Source of the DNA: a virus
IMG/VR virus record: IMGVR_UViG_3300020118_000165
Span: 7,703-71,702 of that record
Direction: 5' to 3' (one strand)
DNA length: 64,000 nucleotides
A program made the translations under genes and the position numbers. Below the pieces are notes generated by a model that worked only from the letters and a program-made list of their open reading frames with translations, was not told where the DNA came from and did no database searches. Positions 9,000-16,546 of this stretch are shown piece by piece (the first letter of the stretch is position 1; the number at the start of each line of letters is the position of its first letter).

Positions 9000-9988
9000 T
9001 AGTCGGTGCCGGTCAGGCCGGAACCGTCGGGCGCGGTCCCTGCGGTGATGCCGTCCACGTAGGCGAACGCCCCGGGCCGCCTGATCTCGACGCTGCCGAC
9101 GCGGAAGATGCCGGGTATATCGAAAGTTATAGGCCCGGTCTGCCACACCGGCAGGAACCTATGCACCATCGGCACGTGCAGCTTCACCACGCGCGGGTCC
9201 TTGCGGTACGCGACCAGGCGCCCAACGCCGTTCTTGCCCGCCGTCTCGAGGTTCAGGATGCCGCGGATCGTGAGCGGTGCGCCCGTCGTATGGGTGTAGA
9301 GATTGTACTTCGCCAAGTAGTCCAGCGCGTTGCCGAACGTGTTTGGCACGCGGGTATTGGCCAGCAGCTCCATGGCCGTGATCGGCAGCAGGACCGTGTC
9401 CGCCATCTCGACGGTCAATGACCCGCTGTAGACGTTGGTCAAAGCGCCCTGCACGTCGCGGATCATCTGGTCCGCCGTCTTCGCCGACCACAGCGCCGAA
9501 GTGCCAGTGCCGTCCGCGATCGCGTCCGTGCGCGTCACGTTCGCGTTGTTGAGCAGGCCGGTCGTGCCCTTGGTGTGCGACCCAAGACGCGCGAGCCGGT
9601 CCATGAACTCCTCGTAGGCCCGGCGCGCCGCCTCGGCCCGCTCGCTGGTGAGGTTGAGGCTGGGGACCATCATCGCCTGGCCAATCTCCTCCAGGGTATA
9701 GCGGTAGCCGATGCCGGCCATCTCAATGCCCTGCTCGAATTTGTTGCGGTTGATGTCGGCGAACCGCATGTCGGTCGCCGCCCCGTCAAGCCAGTCGGCT
9801 TGGCCAACCTTATCGAGGCTGAAGTAGGTGACGGACTTCGCCCACGCGCTGGCGCTCGTGTCCACGGGGACGAGCTGCGGGTAGAGGATGTCCGGGTACT
9901 GGATGCGGTAGACCTCCGCCTCGATGAACGTGGTCTGTTGCAAGAGGAAACCCAGCGCCTGCTGGGAGTCCGCGAGATTCATTCTCAT
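8999..9988 (-). CDS. Major capsid protein, DUF2184 (HK97-fold) family
   Basis: Start reassigned to ATG 9988 (AAGGAG SD); GLLNN, GRLVAYRKDP, GSVEIRRP motifs; follows protease and decoration genes. Confidence 0.9.
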   Translation of the reverse strand: MRMNLADSQQALGFLLQQTTFIEAEVYRIQYPDILYPQLVPVDTSASAWAKSVTYFSLDKVGQADWLDGAATDMRFADINRNKFEQGIEMAGIGYRYTLEEIGQAMMVPSLNLTSERAEAARRAYEEFMDRLARLGSHTKGTTGLLNNANVTRTDAIADGTGTSALWSAKTADQMIRDVQGALTNVYSGSLTVEMADTVLLPITAMELLANTRVPNTFGNALDYLAKYNLYTHTTGAPLTIRGILNLETAGKNGVGRLVAYRKDPRVVKLHVPMVHRFLPVWQTGPITFDIPGIFRVGSVEIRRPGAFAYVDGITAGTAPDGSGLTGTD

Positions 9989-10114
9989 GTTGTGGGCTCC
10001 TTCAAGAGGGAATGCCGGCGCTGTCACAGCGTTGGCGAGTGCGCTTGCCCAAGGCGCGTTTTGGGGGGGCAAAGATGTGGCCGTGACGAGTATTTTCCCC
10101 GTCACGGGTGAGGA

Positions 10115-10615
10115 TTACCGATTGCCGGCAGAATTGCCGAGGCGGACGACGGCGAGGGACCCAGCGGCGGCGGAAGTCATCCACCGCGCGTCCTCGACGA
10201 TCGTCCCCGTCGTCAGGTTGGCGTTGCCGAGAAGACCGGTCGTCGCGTTGAAGTAGACCGCGTCGCCGGCCGCCACCGCCTCGTGGGCAACGACCCAGAT
10301 ATCGCCGCGCACGTGGACGGCCATGTTGTCGCCGTCCTGGTACTTGTCGGTGAACCCGGAAGTGATGTTCGGCAGCGTCGGGTCGGCGCGCGTGATGCCG
10401 ATGAAGTTGCCGCCCGAGAACGTGCCGAGGCAGGCGGAGCGGTCGCCGTGCAGCGTGCCCTGGCTCACCGCGAGGCCGAACCCGATGCCGAGCCCGGAGG
10501 TGTCCTCGCATATCTTCGTGTCAACGTCCCACCCGGAGGTGGTTGCCGGCATGCCGTTCTGGGCCGCCGTGAGATATTGGGTGTAGGTCGTCTGGACGGG
10601 TGCGGGTTGCAGCAT
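10115..10615 (-). CDS. Head decoration/cement protein
   Basis: GIGFGLAV, VRGDIWV, AAGDAVY motifs; between protease and MCP. Confidence 0.75.
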   Translation of the reverse strand: MLQPAPVQTTYTQYLTAAQNGMPATTSGWDVDTKICEDTSGLGIGFGLAVSQGTLHGDRSACLGTFSGGNFIGITRADPTLPNITSGFTDKYQDGDNMAVHVRGDIWVVAHEAVAAGDAVYFNATTGLLGNANLTTGTIVEDARWMTSAAAGSLAVVRLGNSAGNR

Positions 10616-10664
10616 CGTCCTCTCCTTTCGTTACAATGGGGTTGTCCGGCGCGCGGGCCGGGGC

Positions 10665-12263
10665 TTAGGCGCTCTTCTGGCCGCCGCGCCAGGCGTTGTT
10701 GAGGTTCTTTTCCATCTCGGCGTGCGCCGCGTCGCGGATATCCACGTCGCCGCGTTGGCCGTTCGAGCGCTGGTGCGACAGGGCGATGGCGTCGCGCAGC
10801 TGGCTGGGCCCGGAACGCGCGGCGTCGGCCGTTAGGGCTTTGAACGCGCCTTCGATCGCCGCGTCGCTCATGTCCTTGACCGTCGAGTCGCCGAGCTTGG
10901 CGCTGACGGCGGCCTTGCGGATATCAAGCACCGACTTGCCGTCGAACACGAAGTTCGACGGGAGAATCTTCGACGCCATATCGGTGACCGCGAGGCGGTC
11001 CTTGACCAAAGCGTCGAGCTTCTCGGGCGAATTGAGCGCCTGCGCGTCGGCCAACTGCTTCTTGAGAACCGCAATTTCGCCGTCCTTGGCGTCGATCGCC
11101 GTCTTGTGGTCCTTCTGCTGGCGCTCCGCCTCCTCCTCCGCCTCTTCCTTGTCCGCCTCGCTCTTGTCGAGCTTGCTCTTCAGGTCGGCTGCGGTCGAGT
11201 GCAGCGAACTGACGTGCTTGTTGATGACGTTCGCGCTCAGCTCGTCGGCGACCTCGATGCGGGCGCCGTCGATAACTACGGTTGCGGTCATTTGACCATC
11301 TCCTCTTGTTGAACCGCTCCAGGCGGCGTCCTTCGTTTTCGACTTGACCCAGTCGTCGGGTATCTGGCGCAGCGCCTCAGGGTCGTTCTCGTAGTCGTCC
11401 GGCGCGGACGATGAGATTGAGTCCTGCGTCAAATCCTCCTTGCAATAGGGGCACTCGGTGGCGTCAGCGTCCACGTCCATGCCGCACTTGGGGCAAGTAT
11501 CCTGCTCTTCGTCCTGGTCGCCCAGCTTCAGCGTCGAGCCTCCGCGCGCCAGGGGCACGATCGCTAGGTGGTTGGCCCGGATCGCGGTCTGCACCGCGTC
11601 GTAGGTTTGCCCGTCCCGCGTCTTGCCCTTCCCCCACTTCAGGTCCGTCGAGTAACCCATAGACAACTCGCGCGCGTCGTTGCTTTCGATCGCGGATATA
11701 GCTGCGGCATCCATCACCACCATCGGCACCCGCACGTGGTCTCCGTCCCGGATCACTTCGTCCCCGGTGTGGCCCATGGCATACTTCTTCCAGTTCCGCG
11801 CGTTGACGGACTCGCTGGGGTGCATGAGCGTCACCGGCCGGTGCGCCATCGAGTGCATGGCGTCCTTGTGGAAAACCTCAGCGGGAGGCCGGTACACCTT
11901 CACGTCGCCGAGGTCGGGGCGGCCCAGCTCCTTGCCCTTGTACATCTGCACGCCCGTGCGTGCCACGTTCGCGTAGGCAGCAAGGTATCCGTCCGCAGTG
12001 CGGCGTACGCCGTCGAGCATGAAAGTGTCGAACAGGTTGACCCGCTGTTTCTGCATCGCGTCCTCCATTCGGACCCACGTGTTCCGCACTTTGCGGTATT
12101 TCTCCTTCACCGCAGCCCAAGCAACCTTGAACGCCGCCTCTTCCTTGGCCTTTGGATTGGACTTCGAGAAGCCGTTGAAGGCCCCGCGCCAGATCGTCTG
12201 CGCCGACGCGGGAAGCGCCGAAGCTACCGAAGAGGGGATATCGGCGTTCGTCTTGTACGGCAT
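10665..12263 (-). CDS. DUF2213 prohead protease/scaffold with N-terminal ChaB-like domain and internal Zn ribbon
   Basis: VARTGVQMY, RELSMGY, NHLAIVPLARGG; N-terminal MPY...LP...AQTIWRGAFN...AWAAVKEKY; CPKC...CPYC; C-terminal coiled coil. Confidence 0.85.
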   Translation of the reverse strand: MPYKTNADIPSSVASALPASAQTIWRGAFNGFSKSNPKAKEEAAFKVAWAAVKEKYRKVRNTWVRMEDAMQKQRVNLFDTFMLDGVRRTADGYLAAYANVARTGVQMYKGKELGRPDLGDVKVYRPPAEVFHKDAMHSMAHRPVTLMHPSESVNARNWKKYAMGHTGDEVIRDGDHVRVPMVVMDAAAISAIESNDARELSMGYSTDLKWGKGKTRDGQTYDAVQTAIRANHLAIVPLARGGSTLKLGDQDEEQDTCPKCGMDVDADATECPYCKEDLTQDSISSSAPDDYENDPEALRQIPDDWVKSKTKDAAWSGSTRGDGQMTATVVIDGARIEVADELSANVINKHVSSLHSTAADLKSKLDKSEADKEEAEEEAERQQKDHKTAIDAKDGEIAVLKKQLADAQALNSPEKLDALVKDRLAVTDMASKILPSNFVFDGKSVLDIRKAAVSAKLGDSTVKDMSDAAIEGAFKALTADAARSGPSQLRDAIALSHQRSNGQRGDVDIRDAAHAEMEKNLNNAWRGGQKSA

Positions 12264-12388
12264 CACTGCGTCTCCCCGAGCCAGGGATACAAACGCCCGA
12301 GAACGTGGAGCGTGAAAAACACCAAGATCATGATCAGCATGACGCCGATCACGTAGAAGGTGCCGTTTGGCCGACGTCTACTGCTCAT
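12263..12388 (-). CDS. Small membrane protein (41 aa)
   Basis: Hand-translated MSSRRRPNGTFYVIGVMLIMILVFFTLHVLG...; coupled to both neighbours. Confidence 0.45.
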   Translation of the reverse strand: MSSRRRPNGTFYVIGVMLIMILVFFTLHVLGRLYPWLGETQ

Positions 12389-12543
12389 AAATGTCCAAGC
12401 AGCACCAGGATCAAAACAACCACCAGCACAAGACCGAGAACGCCATTGACGCCGTGGCCATAGCCGAAACCTGGCCCGCCGCCGAGCCCGGAGAACCCGC
12501 CGAGCAAGAAGATGACAATGATGACGAGAAGGATAAGGCCCAT
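12385..12543 (-). CDS. DUF3309-like small membrane protein
   Basis: MGLILLVIIVIFLLGG...GYG...GLVLVVVLILVLLG. Confidence 0.6.
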   Translation of the reverse strand: MGLILLVIIVIFLLGGFSGLGGGPGFGYGHGVNGVLGLVLVVVLILVLLGHL

Positions 12544-12547
12544 GATC

Positions 12548-12727
12548 CTATCCGTGAACCACTGGACCAAACACCTGCCAGCCGAGCAGACCAAACAGGA
12601 TGAACTCGATGACGCCGCCGCCGGCTAGGCGCGGACCCATTGCGCCCCCGAAACCGCCGAAGTTGACGCCGGCCCAGATCAGAACGCAGATGACCCAGAT
12701 AACCCAGAACAGCAGACCTCGTGACAT
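12548..12727 (-). CDS. Small membrane protein (59 aa)
   Basis: Hand-translated MSRGLLFWVIWVICVLIW...LFGLLGWQVFG; GGAGG SD. Confidence 0.55.
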   Translation of the reverse strand: MSRGLLFWVIWVICVLIWAGVNFGGFGGAMGPRLAGGGVIEFILFGLLGWQVFGPVVHG

Positions 12728-12736
12728 GGTAGCCTC

Positions 12737-14380
12737 CTATTGTTCCAACCGCTCCGGCGGCGCGAACCGCGCGTCCCAAGCTGGCACGTAGACGCACCGG
12801 CAGTCCGGATGCGCGGGAATCAAATCTTCAATCTCGTCGATGGCGTACGGTCCTTCGTCCGAGATGTCTTGGCATTCTTGGCAGACCAGTTCATCTGCAG
12901 CCGTTATGACCTCGAATAGTCCTCGCGCCACGCGCCTGCGCCGCGCATCCCCCACCAGAACTTTCCCGTGCGCTCCCCGCCTGACCGCCGGCACCGCCTC
13001 CGGCGTCGTGCCGACGTGCGATACGCCGAGGCTGCGGAATGCGTCCAGCGTGGCCACCGAGAAAGCCTTGACGACCGTGTAGTTCGCGAACGTATGCCCG
13101 CGCCAGCGGCCGACTGTGTCTATCCTGCTGTTCACGGCGCGCGCGATCGCCGCGGGGCGTTTCCTGCCCAGCAGGCCGCGCGCCAACTCCCGCACGCATT
13201 GCTGGGACACGGCCGAGACGATGCCCTGGAGCTCGACCTCGGCCCACGACCCGAGGTGCTGCAGCTTCGCCTCGTTCAGCGCGGACGCGCTGCCTACCAT
13301 GGTGGACGCCCGAGCGCGGGCCATCTCTGCAGTCTTGTCCACGTAGGCGCTGACCCACTCCCCGCGACCCGCGAGGACTATCTGGCGCAGGGCCTCGTCG
13401 AGCCAGCGCTGGAAGCCTTGGACCTTGTCCGACCCCGGCAGCGGCGCGTGGTGCGCCACTTGCCGCGAGGCATGCGCGATGCTGCCGACCGTCGGGCCAT
13501 TGCCGATTCCCAGGACGTCGCTCTTGCTCACGGCCTCGGTCACCAGGAGGCGCATCTTCTGCCAACGCCGGTCCAGGTCGATGCGGAAGCGCGCTCGCAC
13601 GCCGCTCGTTCCGGTCGGGTCGCGGCGGGCGGCAGCGTCATGGACGCAGAGGCCGGCAACGGCGTCCCGCTGCTCGCTCCCCTGCTTGGCGATAATCTTG
13701 CGCAATAGAGCCCTGTCGTCCTCCGCGAACTGCCGCAAGTCCTGGTCCGGCGCCACGTATGTGATCGCCTCGTCATCAACGGCCTTCGCGTACCCGTCCA
13801 TCTCGTCGGTGTACTTGCGCCAGATGTCGGGATCTTCGGGGAACTGCCTCTCGACCTCGCGCCGCTCCAGCGGAGTTGCCACGTCGTTGTGCGCCGTCGG
13901 CCCGCTGCCCGGGGAACTTTCGTCGTAGCGCAGGCCGTCGTTCATGGCTGCCCACTCAGCGAGTTCGTGGGTCGCCAGCGACCTATCTGTGTCCACCCCA
14001 CACTTAAGGATCCTCGGGATGTGCCTGTCGCGGTAGACCACCGATCCATCCATGGAGCGGTTCGCGATCCACGGCTGGTCGTACTGCGAATTGACGGTGC
14101 AAGCCTCCACCAGCCGCTTCGTGCGCGCGTAGTATTTGTCCGCCAGCACCGCCTGGTGCAGCATCTCCTCCAGCTCTCGGCCCTTTTGGGTTTTCTGCGT
14201 TCGTGGCCATGATGCGGGTTTCGGCCTGGGCCCCGCAGGATTGCGCGTAAGCCCGAGACGTCGGATTTGGCCGGCGATGGCGCTGCGGGACTTCCCCAAC
14301 TGAGCGCCAATCTCCGACATGTTTAGCCCATTGGCCCACAACTCGCGAAGACGGACCGCGTCCTTATTTGGCCAAAGCAT
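12737..14380 (-). CDS. Phage head morphogenesis (MuF-like) protein with N-terminal GcrA-like HTH
   Basis: C-terminal VCQEC...IPAHPDCRCVY; N-terminal W...LRELWANGLNMSEIGAQLGKSRSAIAGQIRRLGL. Confidence 0.75.
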   Translation of the reverse strand: MLWPNKDAVRLRELWANGLNMSEIGAQLGKSRSAIAGQIRRLGLTRNPAGPRPKPASWPRTQKTQKGRELEEMLHQAVLADKYYARTKRLVEACTVNSQYDQPWIANRSMDGSVVYRDRHIPRILKCGVDTDRSLATHELAEWAAMNDGLRYDESSPGSGPTAHNDVATPLERREVERQFPEDPDIWRKYTDEMDGYAKAVDDEAITYVAPDQDLRQFAEDDRALLRKIIAKQGSEQRDAVAGLCVHDAAARRDPTGTSGVRARFRIDLDRRWQKMRLLVTEAVSKSDVLGIGNGPTVGSIAHASRQVAHHAPLPGSDKVQGFQRWLDEALRQIVLAGRGEWVSAYVDKTAEMARARASTMVGSASALNEAKLQHLGSWAEVELQGIVSAVSQQCVRELARGLLGRKRPAAIARAVNSRIDTVGRWRGHTFANYTVVKAFSVATLDAFRSLGVSHVGTTPEAVPAVRRGAHGKVLVGDARRRRVARGLFEVITAADELVCQECQDISDEGPYAIDEIEDLIPAHPDCRCVYVPAWDARFAPPERLEQ

Positions 14381-14384
14381 TTGC

Positions 14385-14768
14385 CTAAGCCTCAAGCCCA
14401 GGCATAAAACACCTCACGGACCGCTTCCCGGCCTCGTCGAACTTCCACCAGACTTTCGACACCAACGCCTTGTTCGGCCCGGTCACCACGGCGTCGTCCG
14501 GCACCACGATCCACCCGTCCTTGCTGAATACGCGGTAATGGCCTTGCGCGGTGTCCCATTGCGCGTCGTAGCCGTCAGCGTCAGCGCAGCATAAAATATT
14601 ATTCTTGTTCTTCAGCGCGCCGAACCATTCGCGGAGATCCTGCGGCACTTGCGCGTATTGGCCAAAATCTCGCGCGTCAGCGAACCGGAACAAACCCGAC
14701 AGGACTGCGAGCGCCAAAGCGCACGTTGGCGCTCGCAGTACGACTATGCTCATAGTGAGCCGGGCCAT
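14385..14768 (-). CDS. Secreted Cys-containing hypothetical protein
   Basis: Signal-like N-terminus; CCADADG, VRCFMPG. Confidence 0.55.
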   Translation of the reverse strand: MARLTMSIVVLRAPTCALALAVLSGLFRFADARDFGQYAQVPQDLREWFGALKNKNNILCCADADGYDAQWDTAQGHYRVFSKDGWIVVPDDAVVTGPNKALVSKVWWKFDEAGKRSVRCFMPGLEA

Positions 14769-15256
14769 CAGGTGACCGGCGTCCCCTTCGCCACAGGCGT
14801 AGCGTCGGCGGCGTCAATGGCAAGACTCGTGGCGACCGGAGCCCCAACCGTGACCGCCAGCGTGTCAGACAGTGTTCCGTTCGCCACCGTCACGGTCGCC
14901 GTTCCGTCTCCCGCCGTGCGCAGGATCACGTAGCTCCCGTCCGAGGCCACGTCGCCGGACGAGATCACCGCCGTGTTGTCGGAGGTAACCGTCGTGCCGG
15001 TCGTGTCCGGGTGCACTGGCCCGACGTCATCCGACCACTGCAGCGGCACCTTCAGGTCGTGGTCGTCCGTAACCGTGATACTTCCGCTCATAGATGCTTC
15101 TCCTGTTGCCTTGTTGACGTATTGCGGGACTAGGAATTTGAGGTACTTGGCGCGCTGGCGCTTCAGCACGTCGAGGATATGCCCGAGGAAGTCGAGCCGG
15201 TGCGATAGCTCGCGGTATTCCTTCAGCACCGCCTCGAGGTATTTGCTGTCGCTCAT
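14768..15256 (-). CDS. Ig-like domain protein (possible second start at 15091)
   Basis: TVTSDNTAVI...GTATVTVA..GTLSDTLAVTV; internal AGGAG SD before MSGSITV. Confidence 0.55.
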   Translation of the reverse strand: MSDSKYLEAVLKEYRELSHRLDFLGHILDVLKRQRAKYLKFLVPQYVNKATGEASMSGSITVTDDHDLKVPLQWSDDVGPVHPDTTGTTVTSDNTAVISSGDVASDGSYVILRTAGDGTATVTVANGTLSDTLAVTVGAPVATSLAIDAADATPVAKGTPVT

Positions 15257-15458
15257 CTGATGGGGAATCCCTGAAATAACGGAGACGCGAGGAACGGCAG
15301 TGGCCCACCGGACGGCCATACGAGCCCCGAGCTTCGGTCCACGTATGGCACCGGGAACTTGTGCCTGCTCGTCGAGACTAGCGTCTGCGGATATACGGAT
15401 GGCCGCAGCGCCCGCTCCTCTAGCGCACGCAGCTGGCGGAATTGGTCTTCGCTCGTCG

Positions 15459-15674
15459 TCACGGGTACTTCGCCACACCATAGGGAATGCACGCCATCAG
15501 GTGCGGCGCCATGCGCACCGTGTTGTTCATATGCGCGTCGATACCTGCGGAGCAGTCCGTCAGAGTACTGTAAGTGACCGTCATCGGTGCGGGCGTGCAA
15601 CCGGGCGGGTCGTTACCCCCAACAAACGGTGCACGACCAATGAACATCCAGAGGATAAACGGCGTTCCTATCAT
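15459..15674 (-). CDS. Small secreted/membrane protein
   Basis: Hydrophobic N-terminus, two-Cys pattern. Confidence 0.45.
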   Translation of the reverse strand: MIGTPFILWMFIGRAPFVGGNDPPGCTPAPMTVTYSTLTDCSAGIDAHMNNTVRMAPHLMACIPYGVAKYP

Positions 15675-16333
15675 TTTGACCTCCCAATAAAGTATCTAGC
15701 TTCACCGGACCTTAGGCCTGTACCATCTAAATGACGGATGACATGCCCGACTAGAGATTGGCATTCCTTGAAGCCTTTAGCTCTTAACAACCTTGCAACA
15801 CTGACATAACCCATTTTCGGATTGTTCTGATGAGCCTGCTTGACGGCCGCAACAAAAACAGGATCCCAACTGCTGATAAGAGGATACTTATCTGCGGGAT
15901 TTCGTTCCCCCACATTGCATTTGATTTGAACTATGCCCTTCAATTTTCTTCGCATCTTGTGAATGCATTGCCAAATACTCTCGGACGCCCTCAGGGGGCC
16001 CCCATCAGGGTCGTCTTTGTAGACGATCGCAATAAGTTCGTTAATTGTAATTCCTTTAGCGCCTGCTGCTTTGATGGCTTCGTAAATGATGCGAGACGTG
16101 AAACCGACTCGAACCCCCTCAACAAACCAATCTGCACGATGCCTTTTCAAATAATAGTCTGGGTTCTTTTTCAACCACAGTTTTTTGTAAAGGCGAAAAT
16201 ACTCCTTCCGATTGGTTTTGCATAGCCCTTCTGGAAGGCCTGTGGGGGCATAGTTATTCGACCGCGCCCCGGCCCGCCAACGCCGCCTGTATTCGCCGAG
16301 ACTTGGTAAAGTCGAACCCATGTAAGACATCAC
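15671..16333 (-). CDS. AT-rich inserted gene, putative DNA-binding (winged-helix-like) protein
   Basis: Low GC relative to flanks; GITINELIAIVYKDDPDGGP...CIHKMRRKL. Confidence 0.5.
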   Translation of the reverse strand: MMSYMGSTLPSLGEYRRRWRAGARSNNYAPTGLPEGLCKTNRKEYFRLYKKLWLKKNPDYYLKRHRADWFVEGVRVGFTSRIIYEAIKAAGAKGITINELIAIVYKDDPDGGPLRASESIWQCIHKMRRKLKGIVQIKCNVGERNPADKYPLISSWDPVFVAAVKQAHQNNPKMGYVSVARLLRAKGFKECQSLVGHVIRHLDGTGLRSGEARYFIGRSK

Positions 16334-16542
16334 TGGCCGCTTTTCCCTTTGGGCTGCGGCCCAGGCCCCGATCTACCGGACTGCACGCACGCCGTTCTGT
16401 GGATAGTCCCTTGCGGATTCGCCGCCTTCGCTGTCCAGAGCGCAGCTGCAGCCAAACACTCTTGCCGCGAAGCGTACTGCGTCGGCAGAGTTACGGTAGG
16501 TGGGTTACTGCCGATCGCGAAGTAGAGGATAAGGGTCCACAT
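16330..16542 (-). CDS. Small secreted protein
   Basis: MWTLILYF..., YASRQEC...ACV. Confidence 0.5.
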   Translation of the reverse strand: MWTLILYFAIGSNPPTVTLPTQYASRQECLAAAALWTAKAANPQGTIHRTACVQSGRSGPGPQPKGKSGQ

Positions 16543-16546
16543 CTGC

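Noticed and set aside
8999-10105. 368-aa version of the capsid ORF
   Set aside because: The SD and family-like N-terminus point to ATG 9988; the extension crosses an intergenic hairpin region
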